Source of the DNA: Macrostomum lignano
Lineage: Eukaryota
Direction: 5' to 3'
Length of the DNA: 64,000 bases
Assembly: GCA_002269645.1 (NCBI GenBank)
Contig: NIVC01002637.1
Coordinates: forward strand, 1-64,000
Of this stretch, positions 59,865 through 64,000 are shown in pieces (positions within the stretch are counted from its first letter, which is position 1; each line of letters starts with the position of its first letter). The notes beneath the pieces are model-generated. The model was not told where the DNA came from and did no database searches. It worked only from the letters and a program-made list of their open reading frames with translations. The translations under genes and the position numbers were made by a program.

Positions 59865-62489
59865 TTAGAAGGGCAAAAAGGAAGATAAAATAGCATAGTG
59901 TTTACCTGCAATTATGTCTACAAATACTGGTGGATGGAGAAATTTGTGTACTGGATCAATAATATTAACTTGTGATGTTGGTTTACAATAAAAAGTAAAG
60001 TATGATGGCAAAAAAATGGAATTGTAATTTTTTGTTACCAAAAGCCACTTGCCCTTAATGCATATAATTTTAAAAAGTGATGATAGGGTTAGATCATAGC
60101 AATCATCAAAGTCTTGATGTTTACTTTGAAAAATAATCATTGACTTGTACTTAGTTGGAGCTTTAAACTCTAATGACCCTATTTTTAAACTACTTGCTAC
60201 AATACAATCCTTAGGCATATCATTTATACTAGGCAACTGCAAATAACTAGCAATGGTTTCGATTGTTTGAAAATCAAAAAGATTAACAAGTGATACTTGC
60301 TGTAAATTTGAAGCCAATGGAACATCAAATTCAACAGTAGACATTGTAATAGCTTGATGCAGTTGAAACCTTTGTGCTGCTGTTGCACATACATTTTTAA
60401 AGCAACGTACTATAGGTATTATTTTTTTAAAGTACTGATGGATTGACTCAAATCTCATTGTCCATGCTACTTTCAATCCATTATACATAGGGATTAGGTC
60501 TGGATAATGCAACATATAATGGAGTTTACATTTTTTTGATAATTGATTGTTTGATACTTTGTATATTAGGTTATTATGTTCATTTATTAAGGTAGCAATA
60601 TAGTCTGAATTGTGTTCTTCTTCATCTAAAGTTGATAATAAAATGGCCAGAACTTCACAATGTATTAATAGAAGATTCATGATATCATACTTAATTGGAT
60701 TATTACTGGAAAGAACATAAGGCCCAAAATATAGAGGCATTCGATGGATAATGTGAATCATATCTGCTGCACAGAATGGCAATCTATTATTGTTGATGTG
60801 TGCTGGCAAAAGAGAAGGCATTGAGACAGGGAAAAGTTTGAAAAGCCTTTTGATATTATCAAAATTTAGGATTTTGTGCCTTAATAAGAATTTAATAGCA
60901 AGACAAGCAACGAAGTGTGATGTACCTTCTAGTAAATCATGAAAAAAATCTGGGGGGAAAAAGTAAGGCATGGTAACATATCCAAGACCATTGAATGGAC
61001 AGTTTTGCTTAATTCCAGTTTGAATGCTAATGTCCCAGCTATCATCTCTACTTAAGTCATCATGCTTAGTTAGACAAAAATCAATGTCAGTAGCCTTTGC
61101 AATACAAAATCTACATGCTTGGCCTGATACAAAATTTGTCCCAAGTCCAACAAGTGAATTAATTGATAGGTTGTCACCAGTACATAAACATGCAATAACT
61201 GGAACATTTATTTTTTCCCCATTTAAAGCTTCAAATGTAATTCCATAGTCATACAGATTATTCAATTCTTCAATCAAAGGAGAATATAGCTCTTCAAGGT
61301 TGAGGATATTATCTTGAATAATTTTATATTTTACTAAGCAAGCTAAAAAGAAACACTTTTCTTGAGATGCAATTTCCTTTGGCAGATTTAAAATTCGATA
61401 GTAAATTGCATAAATTTTATGCTTACACCTAGCTTTACCAATTGGGTTTGCCACTTCAAATTCATCTGTATATAGTGCAAGATAAATAGCATCTTTAGGG
61501 TCATTTTCAATTAATGGTTTGATATAATTTTCAAAGTATGGACTAGAAAAGAAAGGTGATTTTTCCTTTAATTCCCCAGTAAAAATCATAGATTGAAAAT
61601 ATTTATTTTGTAAAACTGAAGAAATATTGCTTTTGATTGGAATATAAACAATACTATTCCTATTAAATAATGGTACTTCAATAGGTTCAACAAATTGATA
61701 ATGCCCTTTAATAAAACTTAACAACTGTGAATCACTTTCTAATATTTCAAGGCAAGTATCAAAGAATGATTCTAATTGCAAGAAATCTTGGACCCCTTGG
61801 ATGGTTTTATTTGGAATACCTTTTTCTTTCAGGAATTGACAAATGGTTGATAGATATAATATACTAAAGGAAGAAAAAATGCCTTTTACTTGTAAACTTA
61901 ATGACCTTGCTGTACTATTTGGTAAGCTGAAATAATCTCTAGCTTGAAAATAAAACTTTGCCATGTTGCAACCACTGTTTGATTTTAACTTTTCTTTCAA
62001 TTCCCATGCAGATGATTCTGGCCTGGCTAGTGCTAACATAGAAACAGGAGGCCTAACTAGGTTTGATAAATCTCTAGACCCTTCTTGGTTTTTAAATTCA
62101 GCATGTACAAGCTGGTTTTGCTCAATGTCAGTAGGCATATTTATTGTAGAAGATCCAGTCAGTAAGTGTTCATTCATATGCATATCATTGGCACTGGCTT
62201 GATTGCTAGGACTTATGTCTGTAACATCAAATTGAAATGGCTCAGTTAAGCTTTGACTTAGGATAGTATCACTGTGGAACCTAGAAATATGCTTGATAGT
62301 GGCTTCTTTCGAGGATGAAAATACAAAACAATTCTGTAATGGACACTGAAACTTCAGTTGAATTTCAGCTGACCTAGTGGACAAGAGAGGACAATAATGG
62401 CGATAATGCTTTAAAAACTGGGATAAAGAAGTGCTCTTACAACCACATTTACATGTGAACATGGACAAGGAGTTATGACTTGCCATCAT
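59865..62489 (-). CDS. CMC/EnSpm DDE transposase (874 aa) with N-terminal C2H2 zinc fingers
   Basis: LYTDEFEVANPIG..HKIYAIYYRILNLP (D1), CTGDNL (D2), CRFC, FPPDFFHDLLEG, KLHYMLHY, WTMRFESIHQYFK (E); CPLQNC..HISRFH zinc finger. Confidence 0.92.
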   Translation of the reverse strand: MMASHNSLSMFTCKCGCKSTSLSQFLKHYRHYCPLLSTRSAEIQLKFQCPLQNCFVFSSSKEATIKHISRFHSDTILSQSLTEPFQFDVTDISPSNQASANDMHMNEHLLTGSSTINMPTDIEQNQLVHAEFKNQEGSRDLSNLVRPPVSMLALARPESSAWELKEKLKSNSGCNMAKFYFQARDYFSLPNSTARSLSLQVKGIFSSFSILYLSTICQFLKEKGIPNKTIQGVQDFLQLESFFDTCLEILESDSQLLSFIKGHYQFVEPIEVPLFNRNSIVYIPIKSNISSVLQNKYFQSMIFTGELKEKSPFFSSPYFENYIKPLIENDPKDAIYLALYTDEFEVANPIGKARCKHKIYAIYYRILNLPKEIASQEKCFFLACLVKYKIIQDNILNLEELYSPLIEELNNLYDYGITFEALNGEKINVPVIACLCTGDNLSINSLVGLGTNFVSGQACRFCIAKATDIDFCLTKHDDLSRDDSWDISIQTGIKQNCPFNGLGYVTMPYFFPPDFFHDLLEGTSHFVACLAIKFLLRHKILNFDNIKRLFKLFPVSMPSLLPAHINNNRLPFCAADMIHIIHRMPLYFGPYVLSSNNPIKYDIMNLLLIHCEVLAILLSTLDEEEHNSDYIATLINEHNNLIYKVSNNQLSKKCKLHYMLHYPDLIPMYNGLKVAWTMRFESIHQYFKKIIPIVRCFKNVCATAAQRFQLHQAITMSTVEFDVPLASNLQQVSLVNLFDFQTIETIASYLQLPSINDMPKDCIVASSLKIGSLEFKAPTKYKSMIIFQSKHQDFDDCYDLTLSSLFKIICIKGKWLLVTKNYNSIFLPSYFTFYCKPTSQVNIIDPVHKFLHPPVFVDIIAGKHYAILSSFLPF

Positions 62490-64000
62490 AAAAAAATGAA
62501 GCCAAAGTAAAGCTTAATAGCTTTGGAACTATACAAGTAAAATTCAGGAGCCATTGATTACAGTACAGTACAGGCAAAAATTAAAACGATAAGGATGGCT
62601 TACTAAATATTAGGACAGAAATAAAAACTATCAGTAGCTAAAATACAAAGTTTCTACAAAGAGCAACGAGACAGTCAGACACTGTTATTCACAAAGAAAT
62701 AATTGTAGCAAGTTAGTTGTCTGAAACTGAAAACGAATATTCGACAAATTTGACAATTAGGAGATTTTAAGCATGCAATAATCACTCTGCTCAAGCAAAA
62801 GTGTTTGATTTTTAAAAAGAAATCATTATAAGAAAACATACAAGCATCTTTTTTCAATTATAAAACTATCAAGCTTCAAGTTATTTATATGCTATTCATA
62901 AAGCACATGCATTTAGATACTTTGCTTTACAGACTTTTGTAAATGAATTCCAATCTTAAGTATAGGTACTTTGTACGTTGTACAACTGGCTACTTTTTAA
63001 TTATGCAGCTCCCATGGCTTTGTCAGGATTCCCTGCGGATTTTTTCAGTATGAAAAATACCTAGCAGGTTGCAGATAATGAAAACTAAATATATGTAACT
63101 ATTTTTGAAGTGATTTAAGAAATTCAACAACCGGCTACTAAAGACTATTTTACAACCGGCTACTTCTGCGGCCACTTTTAATTTACAGTGTGGGTTTTGC
63201 TAAAGCAAAAGGCAGTCGTTAAATTAAATAGAGGATCCCGCCCAAAGCAACTATTTCTACAGCAGCTAAACAGCTGGAATCACTGGGGCTGCTGCCTAAC
63301 CACAGCCATCTCTGCTTAACTTACAGCGCTAGATTTGAATGCACTAACGCACTGGACTGGCGACCCGAGCTATAATAGAAATAAATAAGAAATACATAGA
63401 GACGAACAAGCCAATGTTAACACTGAAACTGGATGACACACAAAGGTCAAAATAGCCTGTTATAATCTCTCTGTATATAATTGTTAAGCTTATGGCGGTT
63501 AAACAGTTAAACAAATTTATTATTCAAATATACGTGAATAACTTTACAAGAAATGAACAGCTAGGAAGCATTACATAAAAAAGCAACAGAGCACATCGAA
63601 TACTAAGAAAATTTGTAGAGTTAAAACGCGAAAGCTACACAAATGGCGGCACATTGAAGGACAAAGAATCGAACAGCAAAATCCATTGTAACAAATAACT
63701 GCACAGAACAGCTGAACACATCTAATTGAATAAAGCAGCAACTCCATACGATTGGCGCAGAATATGTGCAAACAAACTACTGACATTAGTAGGCAGTGAC
63801 CGCACTTGCTTTTGGCTTTTTCCCAAGAGTGTTGCAAGCGAAATCGTCCCACATCGCCCAGTCCGCTGACTCCTGAGCTTGGGAGCTGGCCTTCATGGCT
63901 GTGAATCTAATTGGCTCGAGAGCCAGACCGCTGGCTGCTCTGCCCCCCTCCAATAGTGTTAGCAGAATGCCGCAACTGTAATTGTTAAGTCAAGTAAAAA

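Larger units (their letters stand above)
56204..63190 (-). mobile_element. Full-length CMC/EnSpm (CACTG-type) DNA transposon, 6987 bp
   Basis: Left end CACTGTAAATAAAAAGTAGCCGAAAAAGTAGCC versus rc right end CACTGTAAATTAAAAGTGGCCGCAGAAGTAGCC (29/33); TG at 56202-56203 and 63191-63192; subterminal GTAGCCGGTTGT motifs; two ORFs. Confidence 0.93.

Overview
Eukaryotic animal genomic DNA: GC-rich spliced exons, poly-Gln/Ala tracts and introns or intergenic spacers filled with minisatellites. The style suggests a flatworm such as Macrostomum, which is an inference and not a database result. Five co-oriented minus-strand genes occupy 1-33.5 kb: SMAD4 (runs off the window, two 1-nt deletions), a BRCT + archaemetzincin-like protease gene, a compact PCM1, GTF2F2 (TFIIF beta) and a TTLL10-like ligase whose ATP-binding lysine lies in a 25-nt microexon. 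Next come a PAN/LamG-like ORF, a five-exon DSTYK-like gene (intact dynamin-like GTPase plus apparent pseudokinase), a Tyr-rich ORF and an unidentified multi-exon gene. The window ends with a complete CMC/EnSpm (CACTG) DNA transposon, 56204-63190, with TIRs, a TG target duplication and two intact ORFs. Also present: a MULE-like foldback element, a hAT-type MITE, two tRNA-SINE families and more than 25 tandem arrays. Two arrays are amplified copies of a gene's own splice junction, forming stacks of decoy splice sites that would all disrupt the reading frame. No CRISPR arrays, rRNA or true tRNA genes were found.
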